Below, piece after piece: positions 38,187-49,791 of a DNA stretch of 64,000 nt. Under the pieces are notes generated by a model. The model searched no databases. It worked only from the letters and a program-made list of their open reading frames with translations, and was not told where the DNA came from. Within the stretch, counting starts at the first letter, position 1. Each line of letters begins with the position of its first letter. This DNA is from an uncultured Planctomycetota bacterium (GTDB lineage Bacteria > Planctomycetota > Planctomycetia > Isosphaerales > Isosphaeraceae), in the NCBI GenBank assembly GCA_963845755.1, contig CAWJTV010000041.1, positions 576,001 through 640,000 on the forward strand, written 5' to 3'. A program made the position numbers and the translations under genes.

Positions 38187-39257
38187 TCAATAGTCCGACG
38201 CACTGATCACTTCGTTGCCATTCCGGGTGCTCAGGGCGCGCCACACGGTCAGGGCCACGCTGTCCTTGATGAACCGGACCGACCCGTCGCCGAACAGGAG
38301 GTTGACCCCGCCGGGGTGAGAGCTCGACGGGGGGAGATCCACGGCCATGTTCGCCATCGAGCCCATCATCATTCCAGAGGACATGCTCGCACAAGTCCGC
38401 GTATTCGGCGTGCCGACGTGGTTGTAGGTCGAGCAGCTCATGTCGCCGATGGCCCAGGTGGCTCCCATCCAGCTCGTGAGGGGCATGGCCATGCTCGGGC
38501 TCATGCTGGTGCACATCTGCAGGGTTTGATCGATGGTCAAGGCGGTGTTCATCATGTACATGTCGTTCTTCAGGTCGGGTGTCCCCTGGCCGCGGCGCCG
38601 CTCGCTGAAGAAGGCGGTGTTGCTGGTCCCGTCGGTCATGCTCGCCAGGTTGACGCAGCTCATGTTGTAGAGCGGGCCCTGGGGCAGATAGCCCGGCGCG
38701 ACCGTGCTGGGGGTCTGCTGGCAGCAGTCGCAGAGCCATGACCCCTCGTTGCCGAAGTAGTTGTTGCCGCCGTCCCAGCCGGGCGGGCCGCTCGCCGAGG
38801 ACGGGTCCGACGGGCACAGGAATGCCGACATCGCGATCCGGCACACCGTGCTGTTCTCGCGGTTCGGGTCCTGGAACGCCGGCATGAACCCCATGTTGTA
38901 ATTGTCCATGAACGGCGTTTCCGGCGGCAGGTTGAAGTTGATCGCGTTGAATAAGGGTGTTTGCTCGAAGAAACCGAGGATCTGGCTGTGAGTGGACCAT
39001 CGGGCGTAGGTCGGCGCCATGGGGATCACACTCATGTAATTATTCCCCTTGCCGAAGGGGAGGCTATTGAGCGCATCGACGTAGTTGTGCAGGGCCAACC
39101 CGAACTGCTTGAGGTTGTTGGTGCACTGGAACCGCCGGGCCGCCTCCCGCGCCGATTGCACGGCCGGCAGGAGCAGCGCGATTAGGACCGCGATGATCGC
39201 GATCACCACCAGGAGCTCGATCAGGGTGAAACCCGATCGGCGATGATTCCGAAGCAT
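38187..39257 (-). CDS. DUF1559 prepilin-type protein, Met-rich
   Basis: GFTLIELL...; [16 protein letters not shown]; 24 Met in 356 aa. Confidence 0.95.
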   Translation of the reverse strand: MLRNHRRSGFTLIELLVVIAIIAVLIALLLPAVQSAREAARRFQCTNNLKQFGLALHNYVDALNSLPFGKGNNYMSVIPMAPTYARWSTHSQILGFFEQTPLFNAINFNLPPETPFMDNYNMGFMPAFQDPNRENSTVCRIAMSAFLCPSDPSSASGPPGWDGGNNYFGNEGSWLCDCCQQTPSTVAPGYLPQGPLYNMSCVNLASMTDGTSNTAFFSERRRGQGTPDLKNDMYMMNTALTIDQTLQMCTSMSPSMAMPLTSWMGATWAIGDMSCSTYNHVGTPNTRTCASMSSGMMMGSMANMAVDLPPSSSHPGGVNLLFGDGSVRFIKDSVALTVWRALSTRNGNEVISASDY

Positions 39258-39338
39258 GGATCATCCTTTCATAGGATAAGATCAGGGCCGTTCACGGTGC
39301 AAAGGCCTTCTGAAACGCCCGTCACGTCGGGATGCGAT

Positions 39339-39814
39339 TCACTTCCGAAGCATGTCGCGAAAGACGGTCACCGATGGACTCGTGCCGACGAGGTACCACA
39401 CCGTCTTCTCGGCGGCCTTCCCTTGACTCTTTCCCGGGCCGTTCAGCGTGAGCTTGACCTGGACGCGAAGATTGGCGTCGTAGGCCTTGCCGTCGTCGAT
39501 CACCTGATAGTCGACCAGCCTGGCGCCGGCGGCCCAGTCGAAGTCCTGGACGGTCATCGGCGTCGCGGACGATGCGAGCGACCTGGGATCCTCCCCTTTC
39601 TTCCACTGCTCCAGGGCGGTCTTGAGCGCCTCGCGGGCGCAGGCGGGTTAACGGCATGAGCACCGGCGGAGCCCGAGCAGCCCGAGAAGAACAGGGTAGC
39701 CAGCACGCCGAGGCAGGCGGCCAGCACGCCGAGCGTGCCGTACCAGCTCAAGTCGCGGTCGCCCCGCCGGGCCACGGAATGCGCGAACGTCATCGATTTC
39801 GTCGTGATGATCAT
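39339..39814 (-). CDS. DUF1559-associated lipoprotein (frameshift ~39645)
   Basis: FSGC lipobox; C-terminal frame VQDFDWAAGARLVDYQV...VWYLVGT; same family as 43306..43713. Confidence 0.75.
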
Positions 39815-39850
39815 CAGTCACCTCCAATTCGTTGATAAGTCCCTGGACGC

Positions 39851-40810
39851 TCAGAAGCTGTCGGCACTGACGATCTCGCCACCGTTCCGAGTCCCCAGTG
39901 CACGCCAGGTTTGCAGGTTGACCGAGTCCTTGACGAACTTGACCGATCCGTCGCCGAAGCAGACATTGACGCCGCCGGGATGACGGCTGCTCGGCGGCAT
40001 CACCGCGCGAAGGGCGATGAAGAACCCGCAGGACCGCGAGTTCGGCGGCGTGACGTGCAGGAAGATGTGCTGCCCATTCAGCCACGGCGCGCCCATGAAG
40101 AGCGGGAACTGATTGTTCAGGTCGAAGATATTCACGGCCTGGCAGATCTGCATGGCCTGGTCGGGCGTCGTGGGGGACGCGGGCGAGAAGAACACGTCCG
40201 CGACCGGGCTGACGACCGCGTTGTTGCCGTCGGCCAGGACCCGCTCGCTGAAGAACGTCGTATTGGATAGCCCGTCGGTGATCGCGGCGAACGTCGTGGC
40301 GCTGTCGCCGTAGAAGATGCCATTGGGCTGGGGCAGCCCGGCGTTGCCGCCGACCGCCTGCTGCCAGACGATGCCGCTGCCCATGTTGGCCATGTAGTTC
40401 GTCTGACCCCCCAACGAGGGGATCGGATCCGGCAGGTCCGAGGGACAGATGAAGCCGTTGATGACCGTCATCATGGCGGTGAAGTTGGTCGGATCCTGAT
40501 AGGAAAAGTCGCAGTTGATCGTGTTATACACGTTCGACTGCTCCAGGTACGGCAAGATCTGCGAGAGGGCCGAAAGCTCGGTGGCGTTGGGGCTGTTGTA
40601 CACCATGTCGGCCCCCGGCAAGGCATTGCGCGACTCGAAATAATTGTGCAGGCCAAGGCCGATCTGCTTGAGATTGTTGACGCACTGAGCCCGCCGCGCG
40701 GCCTCCCGCGCCGCCTGCACTGCGGGCAAGAGCAGCGCGATTAACACGGAGATAATGGCAATGACCACCAGCAGCTCGATGAGCGTGAATGCGGAACGGC
40801 GACGAATCAT
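39851..40810 (-). CDS. DUF1559 prepilin-type protein
   Basis: AFTLIELL...; [24 protein letters not shown]. Confidence 0.95.
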   Translation of the reverse strand: MIRRRSAFTLIELLVVIAIISVLIALLLPAVQAAREAARRAQCVNNLKQIGLGLHNYFESRNALPGADMVYNSPNATELSALSQILPYLEQSNVYNTINCDFSYQDPTNFTAMMTVINGFICPSDLPDPIPSLGGQTNYMANMGSGIVWQQAVGGNAGLPQPNGIFYGDSATTFAAITDGLSNTTFFSERVLADGNNAVVSPVADVFFSPASPTTPDQAMQICQAVNIFDLNNQFPLFMGAPWLNGQHIFLHVTPPNSRSCGFFIALRAVMPPSSRHPGGVNVCFGDGSVKFVKDSVNLQTWRALGTRNGGEIVSADSF

Positions 40811-41187
40811 GGGGATCTCCTTCGATCGTATGTGGGTCAATGATGGAAACGGAATTGAAGCGATTGATTGACTCGTGCGCACATTCACACCAGGGACCGG
40901 TCCTCGATGGGTCGAGTCAGGGGCCACGGGCTCTTCATGACGTCACGGAGCCGCGGTGGAATCCAGGCCCTGAGATCGATCCGGTGTCATCGCGAACGGA
41001 GCCGGGTGGGTCAGCTGGTGTGCGACGCGGTAGCCCGATCGAACCGGGATAGCTCTCTGCCCATGCGATGACGATCGAACCTCGACCCAGCAAGGGTCAC
41101 CTCGAACCTGGAGGGAGAAAGGCCCGATTCGCTCGAGTCTTGCGACCATGCGCACATGAAGATTGAGCGGACTGTTGAGATGTCGGG

Positions 41188-41627
41188 TCAGGCGGGAGGA
41201 GGATGGAAGATGGAGGGCTTTTCTCCGGCGGCCCGCTCGGACGGTTCATCGACCGTTCGACTCGGCGGAGTGAGTGGGGGAGGATCGCCAGCGTTGTCAA
41301 GACGCCCCATTGGTCGGAGCGGTCGGAGTCTGGGGAAGCGTCGTCGGGGCCGGCATGGGAACTCGGTTCGAGCAACCCGGACCCGAGCACGGTGTAGGAT
41401 GCTTGGGTCCCGGCTCTCCCGCGGGATCATCCGAGCGTGAGGAAGGCGAGCCGCCGGTAATGAGCTTATCGAGCTGGTTGATGCCGAGGAGCCGATGGGA
41501 ATGCGAGGAGACGAGGTGATTGCAGACGGCCCAGGCGGGGCGAGCCATACCGAGACCGTGGACCAAGAGCAGCATCAGCGCCTCCGGTTGCCCACCGCGT
41601 CACTCGCTCAAAACGCCTGTACTTCAT
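41188..41627 (-). CDS. secreted Cys-motif leader ORF, copy 1 (frameshifted in assembly)
   Basis: pieces: MKYRRF...LLLVHGLGMARPAWA-VCNH...PCSGPGCS...DQWG...IFHPPPA*. Confidence 0.65.
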
Positions 41628-41735
41628 TATTGTCTCACGGCCGAACGGGAGATATCCCGTTCGCGGAAACCCATCTTGAGGTTGATACCTTGAGATGCCG
41701 AGTTGAAGGGACAATGTCCCCACTTTCGTTGAGAT

Positions 41736-41765
41736 AACATACACGCTCGGGGCATGGCATTGCAA
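41736..41765 (-). promoter_or_regulatory. sigma70-like promoter of module 1
   Basis: TTGCAA-18 nt-TATGTT upstream of leader copy 1. Confidence 0.45.
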
Positions 41766-41967
41766 GAAGTTACCAGAGAGAAATCCCATGCCCCGTTCCG
41801 AGACGAGGGACCGAGGTCATCGATCGCAGCGAAACGGGTCGTGTCTCCTTCGAGGGCCGCAAATCACTTCTGGCTCATGTGAGGAAGCTCGTGGGCGGGC
41901 AGGTCCCGCGGGAAACCAGTCAGGTCTTCCCGCGGGAATCCCACTCCAGCGAAAGCCACCCCTCCCG

Positions 41968-43281
41968 TCATTTCGGCCGAACGATTCGCTGTCGCGGCGC
42001 GGGACCAGTCTCCGTTCTCACTCTCTGGCTGCGGTCGGCGGCCACCCCGGTGGGTTCGGGACCTTCGGCCGATTCCTGGTCGAGCAAGAGCATCACTAAA
42101 GACTGTTCCAGTTCACCCGGCTTGAACCCCATGGGGCCGCGCCCTCCCTTGTAGACAACCCGGCCATCCCGGTTGATGAGGTAGAGTCGGTCCGGCATGC
42201 CGCTGTAGGCGTGGCCCACCCGATCGTCCAACTCGTCCACGAGCAGGGGCATCGTCATCTTCAGGAGCGTGCAACACTTCTTGGCCACGGCGAATCGCTC
42301 GCCGGGGTCAGTCGGCTGACTGAGGGCAATTCCGGCCTTCTCGTTGCTCGGGAGCGGCCAGCCATCGGTCGGATGGGCCTCGCGGACGTAGACCCCCAGA
42401 AATGCAACGCGATCATCGTACCGCTTGTACATCTCTTCGAGGACCCCAAACTGGGATCGGTAGGGCGGTCAGGTGAAGCTGCCGAAGATCAGGACGACAG
42501 GTTTCTTGCCGCGGTACTGTGAGAGCCCGATGACGCCACTGTGGTCGTGGGTCGTGAGCGTGAAGTCCGGGGCCGGTGCCCCGAGGTCCGGACCTTCGAA
42601 CGTCGAGCCGATATCGCCGTTGAGTATCACTTTGAGTCGATCCACGCGGTCTGCGAAGGTGGCGAATCGGGATCTTGGCCGCTCCGCATTGATGAACATC
42701 GCGTCGCGGAGGTCATCGTTGGTAAGGTGGTCCTTACCCTGGGCGACGATGGTGAAGAATGCCTTCCACTCGCCCTCGGTAATCCGGCCGTTCGCGTCGG
42801 AATCGATCATATCGAACCGGCGGCTCCCCTGCCGTGCCATCTGGTACCACGCCGACCGCTCCGACCAGTCGAAGTCGGTTGCGGCGATCACGCCGTCGTG
42901 GTCGCGGTCGAGCCGGTCCCAGTCGGGGGCCGGTCCCGTGAACTCATGGCGGAGGATCACGCCGTTGCGATCACGGTCGAACCGGGAGGCGAGCCACTCC
43001 CACGTGTAGCGCGAGATGCTGGGGTGATACCAACCGCCCGGCGAACCGCTGGTACGCGGTGCGGTCGAGAAATTGGACCGGATCTGTTCGAACAGTTCGG
43101 GCATGCGGCCGGCGCGGATGGCCGGTGCGATAGCCTGCCGGAGACGGTTCGGATCGATCGCGTTGAGTCGTGGCCGTTGCGGCGCCGGTTTGGCTTCGTC
43201 TGCCGCCGGAGCGGGGACGCCGCCAGCCAGCGCGAACAGGGCCGCCAGCGCGGCGGCCCTGGTTCGTGAGTTCATCGTCAT
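41968..43281 (-). CDS. secreted EF-hand + iodothyronine-deiodinase-like selenoprotein (FGSFTUPPY), UGA at 42469-42471, 437 aa
   Basis: PVVLIFGSFT-UGA-PPYRSQ continues in frame into VYVREAHPTDGW...AYSGMPDRLYLI...YKGGRGP; hairpin GATCCCA-GTT-TGGGGTC 10 nt after UGA; DRDRNG/DRDHDG/DSDANG EF-hand loops. Confidence 0.88.
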
Positions 43282-43305
43282 GTCCTCCAGAGGGTAAGAT
43301 TGTGA

Positions 43306-43713
43306 TTAGTTGAATACCAAGCGAGAGACCGTCCCGACCGGGTTGGTGCTGACCCGATACTCAGCCGATTCCTTCGTCTGTTTCCCCTTGACGTTGGTCA
43401 GCCAGAGTGTGACCTCGAATGCCTGCTGGCCTCCCTTGGGTGAACCCGGGCCTTTCAACTCGAACTTCGTCAGCTTGCTGCCGCTTTCCCATTTCGGCTC
43501 GGAGACCTTGATCGGCGGGTTGGCCTTCTCCATCCCTTCGAGGGTCTCTCCGTTCTGCCAGGATGTGAGCGCCCGCTCCAGGGTTCGTTTCGCCTCGTCG
43601 AGGTTCGGGGGGGACGGTGCCGGGATGCTCTCGCATCCGAATAGGACGATCAGAACGGACGCCGCCAGGACTGACCTGGAGCGAAGGTAGGGTGCGAAAC
43701 GTCGTTCACGCAT
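43306..43713 (-). CDS. DUF1559-associated lipoprotein
   Basis: LFGC lipobox; AKRTLERALTSWQNG; GGAGG RBS. Confidence 0.8.
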   Translation of the reverse strand: MRERRFAPYLRSRSVLAASVLIVLFGCESIPAPSPPNLDEAKRTLERALTSWQNGETLEGMEKANPPIKVSEPKWESGSKLTKFELKGPGSPKGGQQAFEVTLWLTNVKGKQTKESAEYRVSTNPVGTVSRLVFN

Positions 43714-43747
43714 TATGAGACCTCCTCGTCAGGTGTTTGCGAATGGA

Positions 43748-44743
43748 TCAATAGTTGTCGCTCGAGATCACCTCACCGCCATTCCTCGAGCCGATCGCGC
43801 GCCAGACGGTCCGATCGATCGTCTGCTTGAAGAAGCGGACCGAGCCGTCGCACATGCCGACGTTCACGCCGCCGGGGTGGAGGCTCGTGGAGGTCAAGGT
43901 GAGCCGTTCTGGGTAGTAATAGCAGGACATCGTGTTGGGTGGGGACACGTGCTTGTAGGGCGTGACCGAAACCGTGCCGGAAATCCAGGGCGTGCCTTCG
44001 GTTGACGATCCATTGGACGGTGTCGCGGTGGGGTCGAGCGCCTGGCAGTACTGGTAGGCCTGCTCCGGAGTGGTCGGGATAACCGTTCCGACGTAGATGT
44101 CGCGGATCTGGTTGGCGACGGCGGTATTGAAGTCGCCCAGCAGCTTCTCGGCGGTCGCCGCCGTGTTGCTCGTGCCGTCTGTGATCTGGGCCAGGGTCAC
44201 CGCGGTGTTGTCGAAGAACGGCCCATCGGGCGCCGGCAGCGACGCGTTATACCCCGACGGGTCAGTCGCGCCCCATTCGTAAGCGATGGTCGTTCCCTCA
44301 CTGAAGCGGTAATCACTGCCTGCCTCGCCCGCGGGCACTTGCTGGGGGTCGGTAGGGCAGAGGAGACCCGAGATGACGGTGGCCAACGCCGTGGTGTTAC
44401 CGGCCTGGTATGTGGTCCCCGACGGCAGGTTGAAGTTGATCGACGCGTAAAGGGGCGCCTGCTCGATGAATGGCAGCAACATGGCGAACGCCGAGTACGC
44501 GTATGGGGTTGGCACCGGGGGTGCGGCTACAAAAACGCTACGGTTGATCGGGAAGCTCCCGAAGGAGCTGTTGTAGTTGTGCAGCGCCAGTCCCAGTTGC
44601 TTCAAGTTGTTGACGCACTGCGCCCGCCGGGCCGCCTCGCGGGCGGCCTGGACGGCGGGCAGCAAGAGTGCGATCAGTACCGAGATGATTGCGATCACCA
44701 CTAAGAGCTCGATCAGCGTGAAACCGGATCGTTGCCTGTTCAT
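43748..44743 (-). CDS. DUF1559 prepilin-type protein
   Basis: GFTLIELL...; [16 protein letters not shown]. Confidence 0.95.
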   Translation of the reverse strand: MNRQRSGFTLIELLVVIAIISVLIALLLPAVQAAREAARRAQCVNNLKQLGLALHNYNSSFGSFPINRSVFVAAPPVPTPYAYSAFAMLLPFIEQAPLYASINFNLPSGTTYQAGNTTALATVISGLLCPTDPQQVPAGEAGSDYRFSEGTTIAYEWGATDPSGYNASLPAPDGPFFDNTAVTLAQITDGTSNTAATAEKLLGDFNTAVANQIRDIYVGTVIPTTPEQAYQYCQALDPTATPSNGSSTEGTPWISGTVSVTPYKHVSPPNTMSCYYYPERLTLTSTSLHPGGVNVGMCDGSVRFFKQTIDRTVWRAIGSRNGGEVISSDNY

Positions 44744-45074
44744 GACTGGGACTCCTCAAGGTTCGAGATCGTAACAACAGCTTCGTCTTCAAGGACACCG
44801 GAGGGCGACATTGCCGGCGCGTAGGCCGGACCCGAGCCTCTCAGGGAGTGGCTGTGCCGGGTACCGGCCACGGGCGCGTACCATCGTTCGGGGATGGATC
44901 GGGCGCGGTGAGTGGACTCACACCCCGACCGAAACCGGACAACACAGTGCATTGCGTACGACGGTCATGGCGATCGCCGCACGCAAAGCGACGACCGCGG
45001 GACTTCGACTCGGAAGACTTGGGGCGATTTCCTTTCGTGCCAGATGTGCTCAGAAATCGGCATGAACGCGAGGA

Positions 45075-46544
45075 TCATCGGCTCGAGGCCGCCTGGCCGG
45101 GCTTCGGCGGTTCCGAGTCCGGCAGCAAGAAGTCCATGAAAACATTCTCTTTCTCCAGGGCGAGCTGGAAGCCGTTGGAGATCCGGGTCATGTAGTTATC
45201 GTGGCTGGCGGTCCGGATGATGACGAAAGCGCGCTCGGGGCCGAAGTCCCGCTTCAAGCTCTCGATGTCGGCGGCTGAGATCGTCCAGGGAGCGCGAGTG
45301 AGCTTGCGGGCGAAGGCGAACGCCCGCTGCTCTTCCGCCGGGAAGCTCGACCAGTCCTCGCCGGCCAGGAGTTGGGCACGCTCGGCGACCTCGGACTTGG
45401 TCAACCCGTTGCGCTCCATGATCATCTCGGTGTGGCCCATGCAATAGGGGCAATTGATGGAACGCGTGACAACCCAGAACACGCTCGTCAAGAAGACCGG
45501 CTCCAGCCGATTCGTGTTATTGTTCGCGGACCCCCGCGTGCCCTGGCCGCCATACCGGCTCCAGGCCGCGGCCAGCTCGGGCTGATAACCGCTACACACC
45601 AGGTTCCAGATGATTCGGGTCGGGCGCCGGTTCGCATTCGGGATGGGATTCGGATTGTTGCTCGGCGGCGCGACCGCCCTGACCTCCTCCCAGGTCGGGA
45701 CTCGCACCCGCGTCTTTTTGTTCTTCTGCCGCTCCAGCCGCTCCTGCAATTCCTCATAGGGGACGCCGGTCCACTCCAGGTCGTCCTCGATCAGGTCCTT
45801 GCCCGTCGGCTTGGGTAGTGGCGATGGCCGGCTGGTCGGGCGCCGCTGGTTCTGTTGACCGTCGCCCCTGCCGGGCTCGGGGATCACGACCGCATCGATC
45901 GGTGGATACGGCCCGTCCGGCTCCAGCGGGGCACCCAGGCAGAGGAGGAATCGATCCTGGAAGTTCGAGTAGGCCATCAGCATGACCATCGCTGCGGCAT
46001 TCTTCTCGCCGTATGCCTTGGCCAGCTCGGCGAACTCGTCATCGGTGACCGAGTATGAGTTGACGGTCATCTTGCGGGCGAACTCCAGCGCGGCCTTCTC
46101 GGCGGCAGACATCTTGGAGTGATCGCCGCGGCGGAGGGCTTGGATGGCCGCGTCATCGAGCCCGGCGCGTCGGGCATCGGCGAGGGCGTAGGCTTCGGTA
46201 TAGGCGCAGTGGTTGGCGTGCGCGGCGACCCAGCGCATCTCGGCCCGGATCTTGGGGTCGAGCGGGCTGTGCGCCCGATGGACGAAGTCGAGATGGAGCA
46301 AACCGGCGGCCATGCGAGGATTGGGCCCGGCGAGCAGCCTGGCCCATGACGGGAGCGGTTCGCCCGTGCGTTTCTCGACCGGTAATTTCTTCCAGCTCTC
46401 CTCATTACTCAGCGGTGCGAATCCGAGAATGGCAGCACCCCCGGCACCCGCGCTCGGCGGATCGGCCTTCACGGCCACCGGGAACAACCCAGCGCCTATC
46501 GCCAGTAACAATCCGATCCGCGTCATCATCGCGATTCGAGACAT
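45075..46544 (-). CDS. secreted two-domain AhpD/CMD-like protein, Cys version (CPYC)
   Basis: signal peptide; EMRWVAAHANHCAY; EKAALEFARKMT; FWVVTRSINCPYCMGHTEM; YMTRISNGFQL. Confidence 0.85.
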   Translation of the reverse strand: MSRIAMMTRIGLLLAIGAGLFPVAVKADPPSAGAGGAAILGFAPLSNEESWKKLPVEKRTGEPLPSWARLLAGPNPRMAAGLLHLDFVHRAHSPLDPKIRAEMRWVAAHANHCAYTEAYALADARRAGLDDAAIQALRRGDHSKMSAAEKAALEFARKMTVNSYSVTDDEFAELAKAYGEKNAAAMVMLMAYSNFQDRFLLCLGAPLEPDGPYPPIDAVVIPEPGRGDGQQNQRRPTSRPSPLPKPTGKDLIEDDLEWTGVPYEELQERLERQKNKKTRVRVPTWEEVRAVAPPSNNPNPIPNANRRPTRIIWNLVCSGYQPELAAAWSRYGGQGTRGSANNNTNRLEPVFLTSVFWVVTRSINCPYCMGHTEMIMERNGLTKSEVAERAQLLAGEDWSSFPAEEQRAFAFARKLTRAPWTISAADIESLKRDFGPERAFVIIRTASHDNYMTRISNGFQLALEKENVFMDFLLPDSEPPKPGQAASSR

Positions 46545-46978
46545 GGTTTAGACCCTCAGTTAGTTGAGCCTGTTGTAAATTAGCATCAAATTCACATGTT
46601 TTGAAAGTTATGGACGCGTCGTCCCGCACGTGGTCCGAGCCCGTCACGCCTAGAAAGCAGTCGATCCGGACCCGGATCGTTGCGCAGGCGCGATTCGAGT
46701 CGAAGGAGCATGGTGCCGCGACGATGCGGCCCGAGTGATCCTCGACCGGTTCCTGAGTCGCAGCTCGTGGACTTTCCGGACCTAGGGCGCATCGACGCCC
46801 CGGAGTCGGATGTGATCACCGGAGGAGCACACGCCAGGCGATCATTTGGCCCATCGGGCGCGAGACATCATCGAAGATGTCCCTCCCCGCGGCGGGAAAC
46901 CGACGACGGATTCGGCGCAACTACCGAGGGGTCCGCGTCGGGACCGCACGCAGGAAACCCATCGCGACGATCGGGTCT

Positions 46979-47420
46979 TCAGGCGCACGGAGGAGGAGTC
47001 GAGGCGGATGGAACACTCGGCTCCCCCGATGAACTGGGCGAGGAGCGGTCATTACCCCTGCGAGGAAGGTGGGACATTGCGGGCGCATCGCCCGGAACGA
47101 CGAGCACCACGCCCAGGTATCGATTCGTCCGTCGCTGACGCCGGCCGGAACCGCCGGCGCGGCCGGTTGTCCTGAGCAGAACGCCCCTGAGCAGGGGCGC
47201 GGACGTGAGGGCTCCGGGATGGGATCGGCGGGAATGGCCAGATCGTGCATCAAGGAATCCGTCAACATGGAGGGCTTGTGTCGATCGGTCCGGGACGTGA
47301 CGAGGTGCGAGCAACCGGCCTGCGCCCGGGGGCGCAATCGGTAGCCAGCGCCAGGAGAACCACGAGAGCTCTTGCCGGCGGCGACACCAGTCGTTGAAGG
47401 AAGAAGGACCTCGCCATCAT
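46979..47420 (-). CDS. secreted Cys-motif leader ORF, copy 2 (frameshifted in assembly)
   Basis: MMARSFF...LVVLLALA...RAQA-GCSH...PCSGAFCS...DTWAW...RVFHPPR; 3' end either 46979 or 46921. Confidence 0.7.
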
Positions 47421-47507
47421 ACCCGCTTGTTGAGCATCGATCCCGCCCGTCTCGAGAGGGGTACGCAATGAGGCGAACGGGACCGCGAGTTATCAAGAAT
47501 TTCGAAT

Positions 47508-47536
47508 AAGGTATACGTGAACTGATCGGTTTTCAA
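47508..47536 (-). promoter_or_regulatory. sigma70-like promoter of module 2
   Basis: TTGAAA-17 nt-TACCTT; context conserved with the module 3 promoter. Confidence 0.6.
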
Positions 47537-47608
47537 GAGCCTTGTCATTTTTCCGGGGGTCCATGATACTGCGGGCGAGTGGAAAAAGGGGATGGGATTG
47601 TTGTGTCC

Positions 47609-48995
47609 TCACTTGCCACTCGTCGCGGCCTTGTCCTTCTCCCTGGGCGGCTGGTTATCCTTGAAAACATTCTCGCGCTCCAGGGGGATCTGGAAGGCGT
47701 CGGCAACCCGGGTCATATAGTGACAACGGCACGCCCAAAACAGGATGTCGAGTGTGCGTTCGGCGCCGAAGTGATCGATGAGCCGGTTCATGTCCTCGGC
47801 CGTGATCGACCAGGGCTCCCTGGACTGTTTGCGAGCAAAACGGTATGCGGCCCGATCGCCGGGAGGAAAAGAAGACCAATCCCCACTGGCCAACCGCCGT
47901 GTCCGTTCATCGAGTGCCAACTTGTCGAGGCCCGCGACCGCGAGCAGCATTTCGCAGTGCCCCATTCAGTAAAAGCAATGGATCGTGCGCGTCACGATCC
48001 AGAAGAGGCTCTCCTCGAAGACACGGTCCTGTTTCGATTCTTCGCGAAACGCGCGGGTGCAGGCCGACCAGGCCATCGCCAGCTCGGGCTGGTAGCCCAT
48101 GGTCACCAGGCTCCATCGGATGCGGATCGGCTTCTCAGGCCGGGAGACCCCCGGGGGCATCGCGCGGAGCACTTCCTCCCAGGACGGGACGCGAATCCGG
48201 CTGGGCCTTGCCCGCTGTTCCATGAGCCGCCCCTGGAGATCGTTGAACTCCATGGACAGCCAGAAGGGATCGTTGAACTCGCGACGGCTCTTCTGGGATG
48301 GGTCGGCCTTCGGAACGCTTCCGGGCCGGGACCGGTGGCGGTTCGGTCTTGGAATCGAGGCGGACCTCCAGCGGAGGCAACGGGCCACCAGGCTCGATGG
48401 GCGAGCCAAGGGCCAGGAGGAGTCGGTCCTGGAAGTTGGCATGGGCCAGCAGCAAGACCATGGCCACGACCTTCTCTTCGCCGTACCAGCCGATCAGATG
48501 CGCGACCTCGGCATCGGTGACCTCGGAGGCATCCTCGGTCATCTGGCGAGCAAAGTCGAGTGCTGCCCGCTCGGGTTCGGGCAGATCCCGATGGTCCCCT
48601 TTCAGGGAACGGAGCCCGGCCTCATCGAGGCCGTCACGCCGCAGGTCGGCCTCGGCATACGCCATGCTGTATTCGCAACGATTGGCATGACCGGCCACCC
48701 ATCGCATCTTGCCTCGGAGCATCGGCCCGAGGGGATTCCGCGCCCGATGCGCGAAGTCGAGACGGATCATCGCCGCCGTGGTTCGCGGCATCGCACCGGC
48801 CATCGCGCCCGCCCAGGACGGCAGGGCCCGGCCATTTCGCTCCTTGGTCGGCGAGAGCTTTCGCCAGCACTCGTCATCGCTCAAGAGCGGGAAGATGCCG
48901 GCCGCACCGTTGCGGGGCGGTTCGGCCGCCAGGTCGCTCGGCAGCAGGAGGGCCACCATCGGTAGCAGGATGCCGAGATTGATCACTCTAAACAT
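47609..48995 (-). CDS. secreted two-domain AhpD/CMD-like selenoprotein (CFYU), UGA at 47966-47968; one frameshift ~48290
   Basis: colinear paralog of 45075..46544; FWIVTRTIHCFY-UGA-MGHCEM aligns with INCPYCMGHTEM; hairpin GCTCGC-GGTC-GCGGGC with its loop 26 nt after UGA. Confidence 0.82.
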
Positions 48996-49071
48996 AAAAG
49001 AGACTCCTCGATTCAATGATCCAGGACCGACGAGAGGATGGATCGGCCTGCCGAAGGCGGTGTCGAGTGAC

Positions 49072-49635
49072 TCATGGGTTTGACGTTGTGGACGGACGGT
49101 TCTTTTGATACGAACGCAGCAACTGCGTGAGCCGCTGTCGCGCTTCTATGCTGAGATCGCAGTACAACTCATATTTCGGTCCGAACATCTTGACCTCTCC
49201 GCATTCCAGGCAAATCAGGGCCTGGGTTGCGGCTTCTCCCGCCTTCCACTCGATGGCGTAGTCGGGAGAGTAACCGCCGCATCGCTTTTTCTCGTCGTAT
49301 CGTTTGAATGACGCCTTGGAGGAAAACAGCGCAGTGAATGGCTCGGAGTCCGTCCCTTGTAACGTACGTTGCTCCTCGTAAAACGGGTAACCATGAAACG
49401 TGATCGTCTTCTTCTGAGTCAGCTCCTGTTCCCGTAATTCCGGTTCCCAAAACTCGCTGGGGAGTCCTTCATGGAGCAAGATATCCCCCGATTTCGGAAT
49501 GCCTGCGAGAAGCTGCGGCAGTCGGGCGAAATCCGTATCGGTTTTCTGCGGTGGTTCAGGCTCGCCCTGGATTTGTGTGGCTTGCGAGCAGCCCGCGAAC
49601 AGGATCGCCGCCAATAACAGCCAGCGACGATCCAT
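49072..49635 (-). CDS. hypothetical lipoprotein
   Basis: FAGC lipobox; LHEGLP, KRCGGYSPDYAIEW, ICLECGE. Confidence 0.7.
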   Translation of the reverse strand: MDRRWLLLAAILFAGCSQATQIQGEPEPPQKTDTDFARLPQLLAGIPKSGDILLHEGLPSEFWEPELREQELTQKKTITFHGYPFYEEQRTLQGTDSEPFTALFSSKASFKRYDEKKRCGGYSPDYAIEWKAGEAATQALICLECGEVKMFGPKYELYCDLSIEARQRLTQLLRSYQKNRPSTTSNP

Positions 49636-49791
49636 GACTGGACTCCAGGCCTTGAATTGCACCTCAGGAACTAGGCCGCGCGAGCCTGCGGTCTCGCTCG
49701 AGGAGCGTCGCCTTCCGAAGAGCCAGCAGGTCCGGGTTGCTCGCATATTCGCGTCAGGTCTCCGCTCGGTTCCCCACATCTCCAGCCTGGA

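Noticed and set aside
36090..48995. Genome-wide UGA reassignment (Trp or Gly) as the explanation for the in-frame UGAs
   Set aside because: UGA ends many ordinary genes here (uppS, cdsA, phoH), Trp is encoded by TGG, and the read-through sites align with Cys.
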